Translations under genes and position numbers: made by a program
The notes under the pieces: model-generated
What the model was told of the DNA's origin: nothing
The model's input: the letters and a program-made list of their open reading frames with translations, nothing else
Database searches by the model: none
Shown: positions 1-12,146 of the stretch, in pieces
Layout of the letters: the number at the start of each line of letters is the position of its first letter
How positions within the stretch are numbered: the stretch's first letter is position 1
Origin: Octopus vulgaris
Taxonomy: Eukaryota
Direction of reading: 5' to 3'
Length of the DNA stretch: 64,000 nt
NCBI GenBank assembly: GCA_951406725.2
Contig: OX597821.1
Span: forward strand, 115,320,001 to 115,384,000

Positions 1-60
1 ATAATACATTAAAAATATACACATAAATGTACACACATACACACAGCACAAATATACACT

Positions 61-114
<54 letters not shown>

Positions 115-224
115 CATACATACATGCACACACACATGCATGTATGTGTGCAATATGCAATACATACACATGCATATATGTGTGCAGTGTGCAAGTATAT
201 GTGTATATAATTCTTTGTTGGCAG

Positions 225-257
225 AAGTTACAGCTTGACCCAAGGACCAAAAGTTTG
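225..257 (+). CDS. Dyb: Candidate dystrobrevin 33-nt microexon (KLQLDPRTKSL)
   Basis: Acceptor ttctttgttggcag|, consensus donor ttg|gtaagt, length a multiple of 3 and open in phase 0, matching the phase-0 start of exon 32939. No recognisable homology for the peptide itself. Confidence 0.45.
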
Positions 258-380
258 GTAAGTGCCAATGCATGAAACTCTCAGTCTTTGAGTCACTTTG
301 TAACTTCTGCTGATTAAGAATAAAATATAAAATGTATACTCGTGTTTTGAGGTCTATTTGTCCTGTTTCTACTACCAAAT

Positions 381-457
381 TTACCTATCTATCTGTCTGT
401 CTGTATCTATGTATATCTATCTATCTACCCATCTATCTCTCTCCCTGTCTGTGTGTG

Positions 458-517
<60 letters not shown>

Positions 518-537
518 ACTATATATCTATCTATCTA
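381..537. repeat. (TATC)n/(TGTC)n microsatellite
   Basis: Direct tandem repeat visible in the sequence. Confidence 0.95.
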
Positions 538-720
538 GATAATCAAAATAAGCAACAAGGATATCCAAGGTAGAGTAGTGCAATTGTTTCATGCTACTTC
601 ATTTTATTAAACACTGTAAGCATATCATCAGTTTTAAAATGTCGAGCAATCTTCAGCCACATATAGAATTTTCCAATTAAACGGACAATGCACATTCTTA
701 TCCCTATTTCATTTGCCAAC

Positions 721-721
<1 letters not shown>

Positions 722-785
<64 letters not shown>

Positions 786-801
786 CATACGGACAGATAG
801 A
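722..801. repeat. (GATA)n microsatellite, inverted relative to 381-537
   Basis: Direct tandem repeat visible in the sequence. Confidence 0.95.
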
Positions 802-1429
802 CACTGCCTTCCTTAGTTGACAATGGCATCTGTCAACAACATAGAACAATTTTAAGATTTTGTGCTTTGTTAACATGTCTGTCTGTCTCTTTGTCTCTTT
901 CTTTCTCTCTGGCAGGCTTAAACTTTAGATAGAGTTTATATATGTGTATGTCATGAAATGTATGTGTGTGTATATATATGTGTGTGAGTGTACCTATGTA
1001 AGGTGAGATATGTATGTAATTTCTGTCTGTATTCATGCATGACTTGAAGGATGGATGGATGAATGGTTCTACACATCCTTCTTCCTTTCTTTCTCTCTCT
1101 CTCTCTCTCTTTTGAGATGTCTGGAAATGGCTATCATCACTACAGTTTAACCTGGTGATGGTGGTGGTGGTGGTCATGGTGGAGAGTCTGCTGTTCATTT
1201 CTCTTTAACAATTACACAAATCCTGAATAGAAAAAAAAAATATCCAAAAACAAAAACAAAGTAAAAAAAAGAAAAAGAGAGCACTGACTGTTGTCATTGG
1301 AAACAATGGCCAAACCAACATGGAAACATCTCATTCTTCAACTACTTTTTGTTCTTTTATACCATTCCAAGATTACTTTATTAATGCATTGACAGAATAA
1401 TAATATCATCATCACCATCATCATTACAA

Positions 1430-2500
1430 AGGTGACTAGCTGGCAGAATCCTTAGCATGCTGGACAAAATGCGAAGTGGCATTTCATTTATCTTTTACAT
1501 TCTGAGTTCAAATCCCACCAAGGTTGACTTTGCCTTTCATCCTTTTGGGGTTGATTAATTAAGTACCAGTGAAATACTGGGGTCGATGTAATTGACTTAT
1601 CCCCTCCCCCAAAATTGTTGTGGAAAATTTGGAAACTTCCCTCTCCACCCTCAACTTCCTTCTCAAGTGAAACTTATTGCGAATACAATACGCAAACTGC
1701 TCCCTTATGGCCAGGGGGGGAAGGCAATAAGAGTGGAAAAGGGGAAACCTTATTGAAAGGTGGATGAATGTTGGAAGAATGCCCAGTGTGAAAGGACCAA
1801 TTCTGAGCATGCACCTGTAAACAAAAGGAGAAGGGCTCTTGCCCTGTTGTTCAGGCACCTGTGACTTTTGTGGGTTTTTTCACGGGGTCCTTAATGTGCC
1901 TCCCCTATTGGGAGTTTTAAATTGTTTAGTTTTAATTGTTATTATATTATTTACACGTAAAACCCATTGTATCGTCCTACTTTTATCTTTTATGTGTTTT
2001 AATGTGATTTTATGTAAGCCCTTGTGGCCAATAAACGAATTAATTATCATTAATGATAAGGCGGTGACCTGGTAGAGTCGTTAGCACACTGGATGAAATG
2101 CTTAGCAGTATTTCACCCGTTGCTACTTTCTGGGTTCGAATTCCACCGAGGTTGACTTTGCTTTTCATCCTTTCAGGGTCAATAAATTAAGTACCACTAA
2201 AACACTGGGGTTGATGTAACTGACTAGTCCCTCCCCCCAAATTTCAGGCCTTTGTGCCTTTAGTAGAGAGGATTATTAAAAATAAGGTGGTGAGCTGGTA
2301 GAGTCGTTAGCATGCCAGGTAAAATGCTCTGCAGTATTTCGTATGTCACTATGCTTTGTGTTCAAATTCCACTGAGATCGACTTTGCCTTTCATCCTTTC
2401 GGGGCCGATAAAATTAAGTACCAGTTATGCACTGGGGTTTGATGTACTCAACTAATTTCCTCCCCAATAATTTCCAACCATATGCCTTTAGTAGAAAGGA
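1430..2500 (+). mobile_element. Cluster of three tRNA-related SINE family A copies (about 1430-1620, 2058-2272, 2285-2500)
   Basis: GGCGGYGAGCTGGCAGAA head, B-box-like GAGTTCAAATTCC and shared GACTTTGCCTTTCATCCTTTCGGGGTCGATAAATTAAGTACC core. Many other copies occur in the window. Confidence 0.85.
1621..2040 (+). mobile_element. 3' end of a probable Tx1/L1-like LINE with an inverted 5' segment
   Basis: Plus-strand IERWMNVGRMPSVKGPILSMHL* then a U-rich UTR ending in AATAAA (~2030). Minus-strand KFHLRRKLRVEREVS at ~1630-1678 resembles the adjacent ORF2 segment. Clade assignment is from recall. Confidence 0.5.
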
Positions 2501-2519
2501 TGATGACAACGATGATGAT

Positions 2520-2562
2520 TAATATTTTTATTATTATTATCATTATTATTATTATTTTTATT

Positions 2563-2617
<55 letters not shown>

Positions 2618-2625
2618 TTTTTATA

Positions 2626-2671
<46 letters not shown>

Positions 2672-2674
2672 ATT

Positions 2675-2742
<68 letters not shown>
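2520..2742. repeat. (ATT)n microsatellite
   Basis: Direct tandem repeat visible in the sequence. Confidence 0.95.
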
Positions 2743-3255
2743 CTCTTTGTGGATCTTGCGTATATGCAGTGTTCTCTTTTGATTTTGTAATTTCTGATGC
2801 CTTGCTGGTTTTCTCTATAAAATCTGAATGATGCTAGTTGCAAGAGCCATTTACCATAGACTGTGTGTGTTTGCAAACCCTGGGGATCTGACCAGAGAAT
2901 AAGACACACTCCCACATACACCATCATCATCATACATTTACATGCTACATGCACAACTGCATACCCTGACACACATGCATTTACTTATAACTCAATACCT
3001 TAGAGTTGCCAAGATACATCAATATTTTATTTCCCTATCATTTAAGATACACACACACACAGTGATGTAATAAAACGCCTGGGCTTCTCTAAGGTATTTA
3101 ATCATTAATAAATAAAAACATACTCTGTATTATGTATTGAATACTTTTGTTAGGTTGTTGCTTCCTTAAATTTTTTTTCTGAATGAGTATATGTGTGTGT
3201 GTGTGTATGTATACAAACATGCATACATGCATGCATGCATGCATGCATGCATACA

Positions 3256-3286
<31 letters not shown>

Positions 3287-3559
3287 GGGGTGGAGTGTAG
3301 GTATGTAGTACAAGTATATATATGTGTGTGTGTATGATACACACACACACACACACAGGTGTGTGGTGCAGGTATGGATGTGTCTGTAGTCAAGATGCTC
3401 ACTAGACAAATATGTGGTTTTGGATATGATTCCATTGCATGGGACCTTAAGCAAGTGTTTTCTACTACAGCTTGAGAAACCTGGTATAGATATGTGTGTG
3501 TGTGTGTATATATATATATATGACCATTAGAGATAATTCCTGACATACTAAAAGTACTC

Positions 3560-4440
3560 AGCAATGTAGGACATACGCTAATCACTTGCTTAATTCAGTA
3601 GGAAGGACGGTGTCATACCAATGAGTGGCGCATCATCCTCAGCTGCTACAAGAGTAAAGGAGATTTCTAGAAAGAAGCAACTAAAGAGGCATCAGACTAA
3701 TGGACCAAATTCTGAATGGAACAGAATGAGTTTTGGCACATAATTTGGAAAGAATTTGCTTGGATGAGATTCAGTTTGTTGTTTTAGGATGCTGTGTTCT
3801 GAGTGAGATAACTGTAAGTGATAGTCTTAAGGAGCAAGTCAGTATTGAAATGGAGAATGTCTTTGATACAGCAGCATATTCTGTGGCTATGTGGTCGCTA
3901 AGACACACTGAGGGAAATGAATGGTGTGCAAAGACCAAGGGATCCATGTCCAGAGATGATGGAGAAGAGTTAGAGATGAGCTTAGATAGGAATTAATCAT
4001 GCAGATAGGAGCCTATCAAGTTTCAATCCTCACCACCACTTCTAATTATTATAGTTCTCTCAAGTCACAAGAGTGAATGCTTGTGAGAACTTCTGTATGC
4101 TGATGTTTCAGTTCTCAAAGATGCCGAAGAATGTGTTTCCAGCAAAGAATTAGAAGAGATATTCCAAACATGGAAGCAATACCTAGGATTGAAACCTGAA
4201 AGTAAACCTAAAAGATAAAGGTTTTAGTTTGCAGGAAAGAGTACAGGATGCTGATGCTATATGAGATGTGGTTCAATTCACAAGAATGGAGTAGGAAGAA
4301 ATTCTATATAGTGTAGCCAATGTAATGTAGGGGTGCCTAAGAGATGTAGTGGAATCACACGAAGACCAACAGACAAAGATTCTTTTTTAACAGATACAAA
4401 AGAATAGTTACAAGCACTTCTATGAGATTTCCTCAAATAC
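3560..4440 (+). mobile_element. Degenerate RTE/RTEX-clade LINE reverse-transcriptase fragments
   Basis: Frameshifted IILSCYKSKGD...RGIRLMDQIL (~3630-3715), ELLYADV (~4087-4107) and GVGRNSI*CSQCNV...KRCSGIT (~4288-4360). Interrupted by an unrelated segment at ~3720-4060. Confidence 0.75.
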
Positions 4441-5073
4441 CCCCATAAATAGGTTACATAGCTTCCTACTCACACAAATACTTGACATTCTCACCATTCT
4501 TTAATCACCACAGAATTTTCCAAAGAATTTAAGAATTCAGACAAATGAAAAATTTTCCCATCAGTGATTGAATCTTGCCCTATGCACTACTGCAGCATGT
4601 GTGTGTGTGTTATGCATACACACGTAGTCAGGGCAGGCATGGCTGTAGTGTTAAGAAGTTGGCATCCCAACTGACCACATGGTTTTGGGTTCAGTCCTAC
4701 TGCTTGGCACCTTGGGCAAGTATGTTCTATGAAAGCCTTACACTGACTAAAGCCCTGTGAATGGATTTGATGGATAGAAACTGAATGACACCTGTTGCGT
4801 GTGTGTGTGTGTGTGTGTGTGTGTATGCGTCCCTTTCCAATCATTACACACCAATATATCAGAGTTCAATTTTGCTCTGTATTATCTCTATTGTCTGTAA
4901 AATAGTTTATTGATACCAGTGTCACAAAAAAAAGCACCCTGTAAAATGGGTTCTGTTTGGAAGGATGTCCAGCAGTAGAAACCATACCAGGACAGAGACT
5001 GGAACTTGATGCAGTCCTCTGGTTCATTGGATCCTGTCAAACAGTCCAACCATTCCAGCATGAATGACAGACC

Positions 5074-5467
5074 TTAACCCTTTTTTTTTTTTTTTGCCAG
5101 ATCTCTGTTGAAATCCACTGCCTTTATTTCAATTAATTTTGTAAATACTAAAGGATTTAGTAAAATAACTTTGTCATTACTGAGTTGGTGTTTGGAACAT
5201 AAACGTAAAATTTTGTTGGATGATTTTCAATTTAGATCACTTTAACCCTTTTGTTACCATATTTCTGTTGACAAACACTGCCTTTATTCGAATTAATTTT
5301 GGAAATTATGAAGAATACTAGTAAAATAACTTTTTCCTTATATGTTAGTATTTGGAACATAAACATAACATTTTGATAGATGACATTAATTTACATCACT
5401 TTGAAATGGGAAGTTTGCATCCTAGAGCCAGGGGGTTCTGTTGTTGGTGGGGGTATCAAAAAGTTAA
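5074..5467. mobile_element. TTAA-flanked MITE (piggyBac-like) with internal duplication
   Basis: TTAACCCTTT ... AAAAGTTAA ends. Splits a family C tail at its TTAA. Related copies at 39781-40245 and ~40655-41075. Confidence 0.7.
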
Positions 5468-6363
5468 ATGACGATGATGATGGTAACTTTAACCGAGTGA
5501 CATATTGAAAGTTCAGTTGCAAGAATTTAAAACAATTCTATTTGGAATCCTGTCCATTCCATTGCTGAATGTTTTTTTTTTTCTCTTTGAATAGTAATTA
5601 TTGTGGAGTAAAAATTGATTCCATTGCAAAAAACCAAAAAAAAAATGTTGCAACAACATATATAAATTAAATAACCATATTTTTAATTAATGGTAATTAT
5701 TCTTGCGATGATGATGCCATTGCAAACTGTAAGCTTTTCTTTTTTTCTGAAATTTCCCCGACCAAAGAAATATGAATTGAAATTAATGCTTAATGAAAAT
5801 TAAAGAATGGTACAAATAACTGTGTTTAAAAGCCAATAATTTTGTCGTGGATTCACCAATAATTTATGTCGTTGAATCAGTAAAAGTCTCCACTTAACAA
5901 TGGCTGGTTTTAGTGTTTGATTAAAACAACTGTTTCTTTAAAAACAAAAACAAGGAGGACTAAAAACGGTACATTAGTACAAATTACAGAACTAATATGA
6001 CTGTTTGGTTTTTGCTTTAATGTAATAGTAACAATAGTGGTTCCCAAATTAATTAGTAATTCTGGTTGTTTTCTAATCGATTACTATCAATAATTGTTGG
6101 GGTTTTATTTTGTTATTTTTAATTTCATAAATTTTTTATTTTAATGTTTTAAGATAGAAAATTTCCAGTCACATGTTATTGGCACCTTTTCTTTTTGTCT
6201 TTGTTTTAAATTATATTTATTTATTTGTTTGTCCTATACCTTGCTATAAAAAATATTTGTGATATGGGACAGTAGACTGCAAGAATTGGTTAAGTTTCAA
6301 AGTGCTCTTCAGTTGTGTCCCTTTCCATTCTGATTTCAAACCCTGACTTATCCATCAAACAGA

Positions 6364-6586
6364 TACCTTTAGAATTCAGATTACTCCGTCAAATGAAATC
6401 CTTATTCATTCCCATTGTTCTGAATTAATCAGGGATTATCTTGTAGCTTCAAGAGTTTGATTGTGTGATTTAGTTTTAGAATGACATTGTAGGGAAGGTG
6501 TGAGAGGCTGGACCTTGCTGGTTTGAACATGAAATCCAGTTCAATATTTGGGCCAGATGTGACCAGATTGAATGCTAAATGGTTCA
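6364..6586. mobile_element. Second TTAA-type MITE family (~220 bp)
   Basis: CCTTTAG...ATGCTAAAGGGTTAA-type termini. Homologous copies at 7709-7934, 30318-30959 and 37554-38076. Confidence 0.7.
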
Positions 6587-6802
6587 GTATGAAATTGATA
6601 TAACTGACTGGTAATACCTACAAAATGGGTTTGTTTCCTGCTTTATTTGAAGAACTGGCAACAGGAAATGTATCTGACCATAGAATATTACCTCGATAAC
6701 TTTTGTCCAGTCCATGCCAGTATGGAAGAAATGGACTCAAAAATAAGGATGATAATCTTGTTGCATCTTGGGAGGGTCATTATGCCAATAATAACAGTTA
6801 TA

Positions 6803-7030
6803 AGGTGGTGAGCTAGCAGAATTGTTTAGCACGCTTGGTGAAATGCTTAGCGGTATTTTGTCTGCCGTTATGATCTGAGTTCAAATAACGCTGAGGTTGA
6901 CTTTGCCTTTCATCCTTTCAGGTTCGATTAAATAAGTTCCAGTTATGCACTGGAGTTGATGTAATCAACTTAATTCCTTTATCTGTTCTTGTTTGTCCCC
7001 TCTGTGTTTAGCCCCTTGTGGGCAATAAAG
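6803..7030 (+). mobile_element. SINE family A copy
   Basis: Same head, B-box and core as 1430-2500. Confidence 0.85.
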
Positions 7031-7237
7031 ACATAAATAATAGAGACATGCACTGGTTCAATACCACTTCCTTACTGTTAGTCAATCAGTTAAACAGAAC
7101 CTTGCAAACCTAATACAAAAATGGTGATGATGATATCATTTAGTTTCATCTTCCCAGCCATCATCAGACTGCTTCATGATGGCTTGGAAAGTGAAACGTA
7201 GAAGATAATGACAACCTTTCTTTATAAAAGTTAATAA

Positions 7238-7416
7238 GGCACAGGAGTGGCTGTGTGATAAGTAAGTTGCTTACCAACCACATGGTTTTGGGTTCAGTCC
7301 CACTGTGTGGAACCTTGGGCAAGTGTCTTCTACTAGCCTCGGGTCAACCAAAGCCTTGTGAGTGGATTTGGTTGACAGAAGCTGAAAAGAAGCCCGTCGT
7401 ATATATGTTTATAAAT

Positions 7417-7447
<31 letters not shown>

Positions 7448-7678
7448 ATGTATGTATGTATGTGTGTATATGTTTGTGTGTCTGTGATTGTCTCCTCCAA
7501 CATCGCTTGACAACCGTTGCTGGTGTGTTCACGTCCCCGTAACTGAGTGGTTCGGCAAAAGAGACCAATAGAATAAGTACTAGGCTTACAAAGAATAAGT
7601 CCTGGGGTCGATTTACTTGACTAAAGGCGGTGCTCCAGCATGGCCACAGTCAAATGACTGAAACAAGTAAAAGAGTAA
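7238..7678 (+). mobile_element. tRNA-related SINE family B with an internal (TA)n/(TG)n microsatellite
   Basis: GGCACAGGAGTGGCTGTGTG head, GGTTCAGTCCC B-box-like motif, ACCTTGGGCAAGTG segment and 3' end ATGACTGAAACAAGTAAAAGAG. Many copies in the window. Confidence 0.85.
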
Positions 7679-7708
7679 AATATGTACTCAACTAAAAAGT
7701 ACTGAGTG

Positions 7709-7934
7709 ATCCTTTATCATTGAAACCATCCATATCTGGCCCCAAACATTCTTCTTGCTTTTTGTTCAAACTGGCTAGATCTGGTCTCTCACACCTGCCC
7801 TACAATGTCATTCTAAAGAGTAACAATAACATTATCCAAATCTCAAGGCTTCAAGATAATGAAGGATTAATTCAAAACAATGGGAATAAATAAGGATTAT
7901 ATTGGACAGAGTAACCCGAATACTGAAGGGTTAA
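7709..7934. mobile_element. TTAA-type MITE, inverted relative to 6364-6586
   Basis: Reverse-complement similarity to 6364-6586. Ends in AAGGGTTAA. Confidence 0.7.
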
Positions 7935-8183
7935 TGATAAATTGGTCTCATAGAAACCACCCAAATATATATATCTGTCTTTTATTTATAATCTTGTTTC
8001 AGCTATTGGACTGCAGCCATGCTGGAGCACTGGCTTAAGGGGTTTAGTCCAATTGATCTTAGGAATTTTTTTTTTAAAGTTGGATACTTTATCATTGTCT
8101 TTTGCCGAAACATTAAAGTTATAGGGACATAAACAAACCAACACAGGTTGTCAAATGCTGGTGGGGAACAAACACAAATAGAC

Positions 8184-8216
<33 letters not shown>

Positions 8217-8620
8217 CGGGGCACTTGTGCCCCGTGGTAGTCGGGTGCTAAGAGCGCCACCCGAGCGTGATTGTTGCCAGAGCGGCTAACTGCCTTCCAT
8301 GCTGGTGGCATGTAAAAGGGACCATTCAAGCGTAATCGTTACCAGCGTCGCCTTACTGGCACCTGTGCCGGTGGCATGTGTAAAAAGATTCGAGCGAGGT
8401 CGTTGCCAGTACCACCTGACTGGCCCACATGCCGGTGGCACATAAAAGCACCCATTACACTCTCAGAGTGGTTGGCGTTAGGAAGGGCATCCGGCTGTAG
8501 GAACTCTGCTAGATCAAGATTGGATCCTGGTGCAGCCATCTGGTTTGCCAGCCCTCAGTCAAACTGTCCAACCCATGCTAGCATGGAAAGTGAACATTAA
8601 ACGATGATGATGATGATGAT
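8217..8620 (+). mobile_element. Retroposon family C with internal ~55-60 bp sub-repeats and a (GAT)n tail
   Basis: Repeated GCCGGTGGCAYRTAAAAAGCACC units, GGTTGGCGTTAGGAAGGGCATCC motif, ends ...TTAAACGATGATGATG. Confidence 0.8.
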
Positions 8621-9103
8621 ATATATACACACACACATATTTGGTAGGATTCTTTCAGTTTCCATGTACCAATTCCATTCTCAAGGCTTTGGTTGACCTA
8701 AGGCTACAGTAGAAACCACTTTCCCAAGGTGCCTGGAACTATGTAGTTGGGAAGCAAGCTTCTTACCACACAGACACACCTGGGCCTAAAACTGCATGTG
8801 TATAGATGGTGATGATGATGATGATACATACATACATACATATATATTTCATGTCGTAGAAACCATGCCGCAACAGACGGCTGGAGTCTGGACAGCTGTC
8901 TGCTAGCTAGCCCCATGTCAAACCATCCAACCCATGCCAGTGTAGAAGGAGGATGCTAAACGATGATGTTGAACAATGATGATGTTATGGGCATAAGTAG
9001 GGTACAGATTCATTTTTTTATTTTTCTAATTATATACACAAGTATATAAATATATCTTTATTTATAGCCAAGAATGAAAACCACCTGTGTAATGAATGTA
9101 TTG

Positions 9104-9137
<34 letters not shown>

Positions 9138-9150
9138 CTCTATATATATA

Positions 9151-9200
<50 letters not shown>

Positions 9201-10255
9201 TGTATGTAATATATATTATGTATGTATGTATGTAATATATATTATGTGTGTATGTAATATATATATGTATGTGTGTGTGTATGTGTGTGTGTATGTATAT
9301 GTGTGTGTGTGTGTGTATGTACATTGTACACACACGTCTCAGTGGTTAATTACTTCCATACAGAGGCAATGTGCTTTAGAAATGTTAACTCACACCATCA
9401 TTATATTCTAACCATTCTTTTGAGAATTTCAAGCATTGTGTCTGTATTTCTGGCACAGTCTCTAACACGTCGGTAAACTTCAAATTGATTCCATCACCTG
9501 ATGCTGATAAACAACCCTGTGGTAGTCCCATTCCATGTATTTATTTTGGTGATCTAGTCTCTGATATTGTCTTTGTCTCTTGCCAATATCATGGTGTGAA
9601 CACCAACCGATCTCTCTCTATTTCATTCTCAACTTAATACTACGCGCATGCAACACAGCGCAGCACTTATACGCACTGACGTACACATGCAAAACAATAC
9701 AATACGCAAACATTTGCTCTTACTTTTCCACATTATGTGATGGCATGAACGAAACATGTTTGCAGGCAAACCAAACTCTCTGATTGTTCCGTAATGTTTG
9801 ATCCGTTATTCCAAGTACAGGCTGTGCATGGTTCCTGGCAAAAACTCATGATTTTTTTCAGTCTGTTTTTTTTTTTCCCCTGTCTTAATACATTTGAGAG
9901 ATGCTTCATGCTTGCAACCGTGTTACATACGTTCTGCACATGTAAAAATCTCTCTCTGACTTTTTTTCTTCCTGTCTGTCCCTCTCACTTACACACACAC
10001 ACACACGAGAGAGAGAGAGACAGAAAGATGTATATGTATGTAGTTGGGATGTATATGTATATATATGTATATGTATGTAGTTGGGATGTATATGTATGTA
10101 TGTATGTATCATCAACTTTTTATAGTTGACAGAGCTGCTTTCTGTAACTTTTTGTGTGTGTGTGTGTATATGCAATGTTTGTATATGTATATATGCATAT
10201 GTGTGTGTATATGTATATATGTATGCATATGTGTATGTATGTATTTATATATATA

Positions 10256-10286
<31 letters not shown>

Positions 10287-10425
10287 GCAATTTTTGTATA
10301 TATGCATGCATATGTGTGTATGTGTTATATATATATATATACGCACTGTTTGTATATATGTATATATGCATGTGTATGTGTATATATATGCATGTATATG
10401 TGTGTGTATGTATGTGTTTATATAT

Positions 10426-10460
<35 letters not shown>

Positions 10461-10907
10461 CATATATTAATTCTTATTCTTAAAGTTTCAGCCTCTGTCA
10501 GCTGGAATTTGGCTAAATATACCCTTTTCTCTGGCTTTGTATCAATTTTTCTCTCACATCTCTGTCTGTCTCTCTCTCTCCCCCACCCCCACTCTCCTGC
10601 AGGAACATCTTGATAAGGGCAATGAGGTTATATACATATATATATATATATATGTATGTGTGTGTACCAGTCATATGACTCTGAATTATTTTATTAAAAC
10701 AGAATGTCATTTATTGAAATTCCTTGTGTTAAAGTCCCCTCTCTTCTCTGTCTCCACACATACACTCTTTCTCTCTCTCCTCACATCTTGTAATTCCCTT
10801 CCCCCCATTCTTCTTCTTCTTCTTCCCCACCAAGAATTCACAAGAGTAAACAGAGACACGCAGAAACAAGGAAAATGCCCCTTGTATATATATACACACA
10901 CACACAC

Positions 10908-11155
10908 ACTTTATTAATAAAGCCTGAAAGACAAAGACGTGACAAAAACTGTTACTCAGAGTTTTGCGTTCCCATTCATTGGACAGTTTTAGTTTCTTAA
11001 CTAAAACTGTCCAATGAACAGGAACTTGAAACTCTGAGTATCAGTTTTTGTGATGTCTTTGTCGTTGCAGCTTTATTAATAAAGTATATTACTCTTCCTC
11101 TGGTATTCGAGTCCTGTTTTTTCCCCACCTTGTTTCACATTTAACTGATTACTCT

Positions 11156-11157
<2 letters not shown>
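10908..11157. mobile_element. Fold-back element with a degenerate hammerhead motif (Penelope-like terminus)
   Basis: Inverted repeat 10908-11085 plus an unpaired extension. Arm reads aaaactgt-CCAATGA-acaggaactt-GAAA-ctctgagTA-tcagtttt. A second family member lies at ~38496-38700. Confidence 0.65.
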
Positions 11158-11207
<50 letters not shown>

Positions 11208-11548
11208 GGGGTCTGGGAAAGCCAGGGGCTGCTCCAGGCTCCAGTCTGATCTGGCAGAGTTTCTACGGCTGGATGCCCTTCCTAACGCCAACCACTCTGC
11301 GAGTGTAGTGGGTGCTTTTTACGTGTCACCTGCACAAGTGCCAGGGGTGGTCCGGCATCAGTCACGATCGGTTAGAGCTTTTAACGTGCCACGGCACGGA
11401 AGCCAGCCAAGGCGGCGCTAGCAACGTTCGGATGGTCTTTTTATGTGCCACCGGCACAGGAGCCAGTCGGGGCGGCACTGACATCGGCCACGTTCGGATG
11501 GTGCTTTTTATGTGCCACCGGCACAGAAGCCAATTGGGGCGGCGCTAG
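11208..11548 (-). mobile_element. Retroposon family C copy
   Basis: Reverse complement of the 8217-8620 motifs, with several internal sub-repeats. Confidence 0.8.
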
Positions 11549-11612
11549 CATACTATAAACTATATTTTAATTTTATTCCTAACAAATAAAATTATATATA
11601 CATATATATATA

Positions 11613-11798
11613 TATAAGGATCATGGGTAAGGCCAGAACAATATGAAGTAAATGCAAGGCAAATCACAAAAAAACAAATATATGAATTAATGTAGACTTA
11701 CCTTGTATTCAATATTTCAGGGTTATGACCATTAGTTTTCTTGTGATTTGCCTTGCATTTACTTCACATTGTTCTGACCTTACCCACAATACTTTATA
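11613..11798. repeat. Inverted repeat (fold-back insertion in a TA microsatellite)
   Basis: gggtaaggccagaacaatatgaagtaaatgcaaggcaaatcacaa pairs with ttgtgatttgccttgcatttacttcacattgttctgaccttaccc. Confidence 0.85.
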
Positions 11799-11859
11799 CA
11801 ATATATTCTACACAATGCTTCATAGTAATTATTCCATTATATATATATATATACATATG

Positions 11860-12146
11860 TGATGGACTCTCCCATCGTTAGACAATGTATGAGGGTTGAA
11901 CAATTTCTTACCGAACAACCACACAGATGATTTGTTTATAATGATCAAATGTTGGTGTAGACATAAGCTCATTCTCTCCATCGACATTACCTGTACAGGT
12001 GCAACATGTCAGATGTCATTATGATTGCAGAGCAACATGAAATGAAGTGCTTTGCTCAAGAACACAGCGCAACGCCCTGTCTGGGAATTGAACCTGTGAT
12101 CCTGCAATCATGAGTGCAACACCTTAACCACTAAGCCATGCACCTT
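11860..12146 (-). mobile_element. tRNA-derived SINE family D
   Basis: Minus strand GGTGCATGGCTTAGTGGTTAAGG...GGTTCAATTCCC head followed by TTCTTGAGCAAAGCACTT. Copies at ~43165-43400 (-) and ~49373-49672 (+). Confidence 0.75.

Noticed and set aside
9735-9765. CGAAACATGTT hammerhead-like trace
   Set aside because: No CUGANGA or helices upstream.
9130-10613. Many ORFs rich in Y/I/C/V/M/H/T (also at 15.4-15.9 kb and elsewhere)
   Set aside because: These are translations of (TA)n/(TG)n/(CA)n microsatellites.
11700-11745. Hammerhead-like centre in the 11613-11798 hairpin (minus strand)
   Set aside because: Only GAAA and a 2-bp stem remain, which is not distinguishable from chance.
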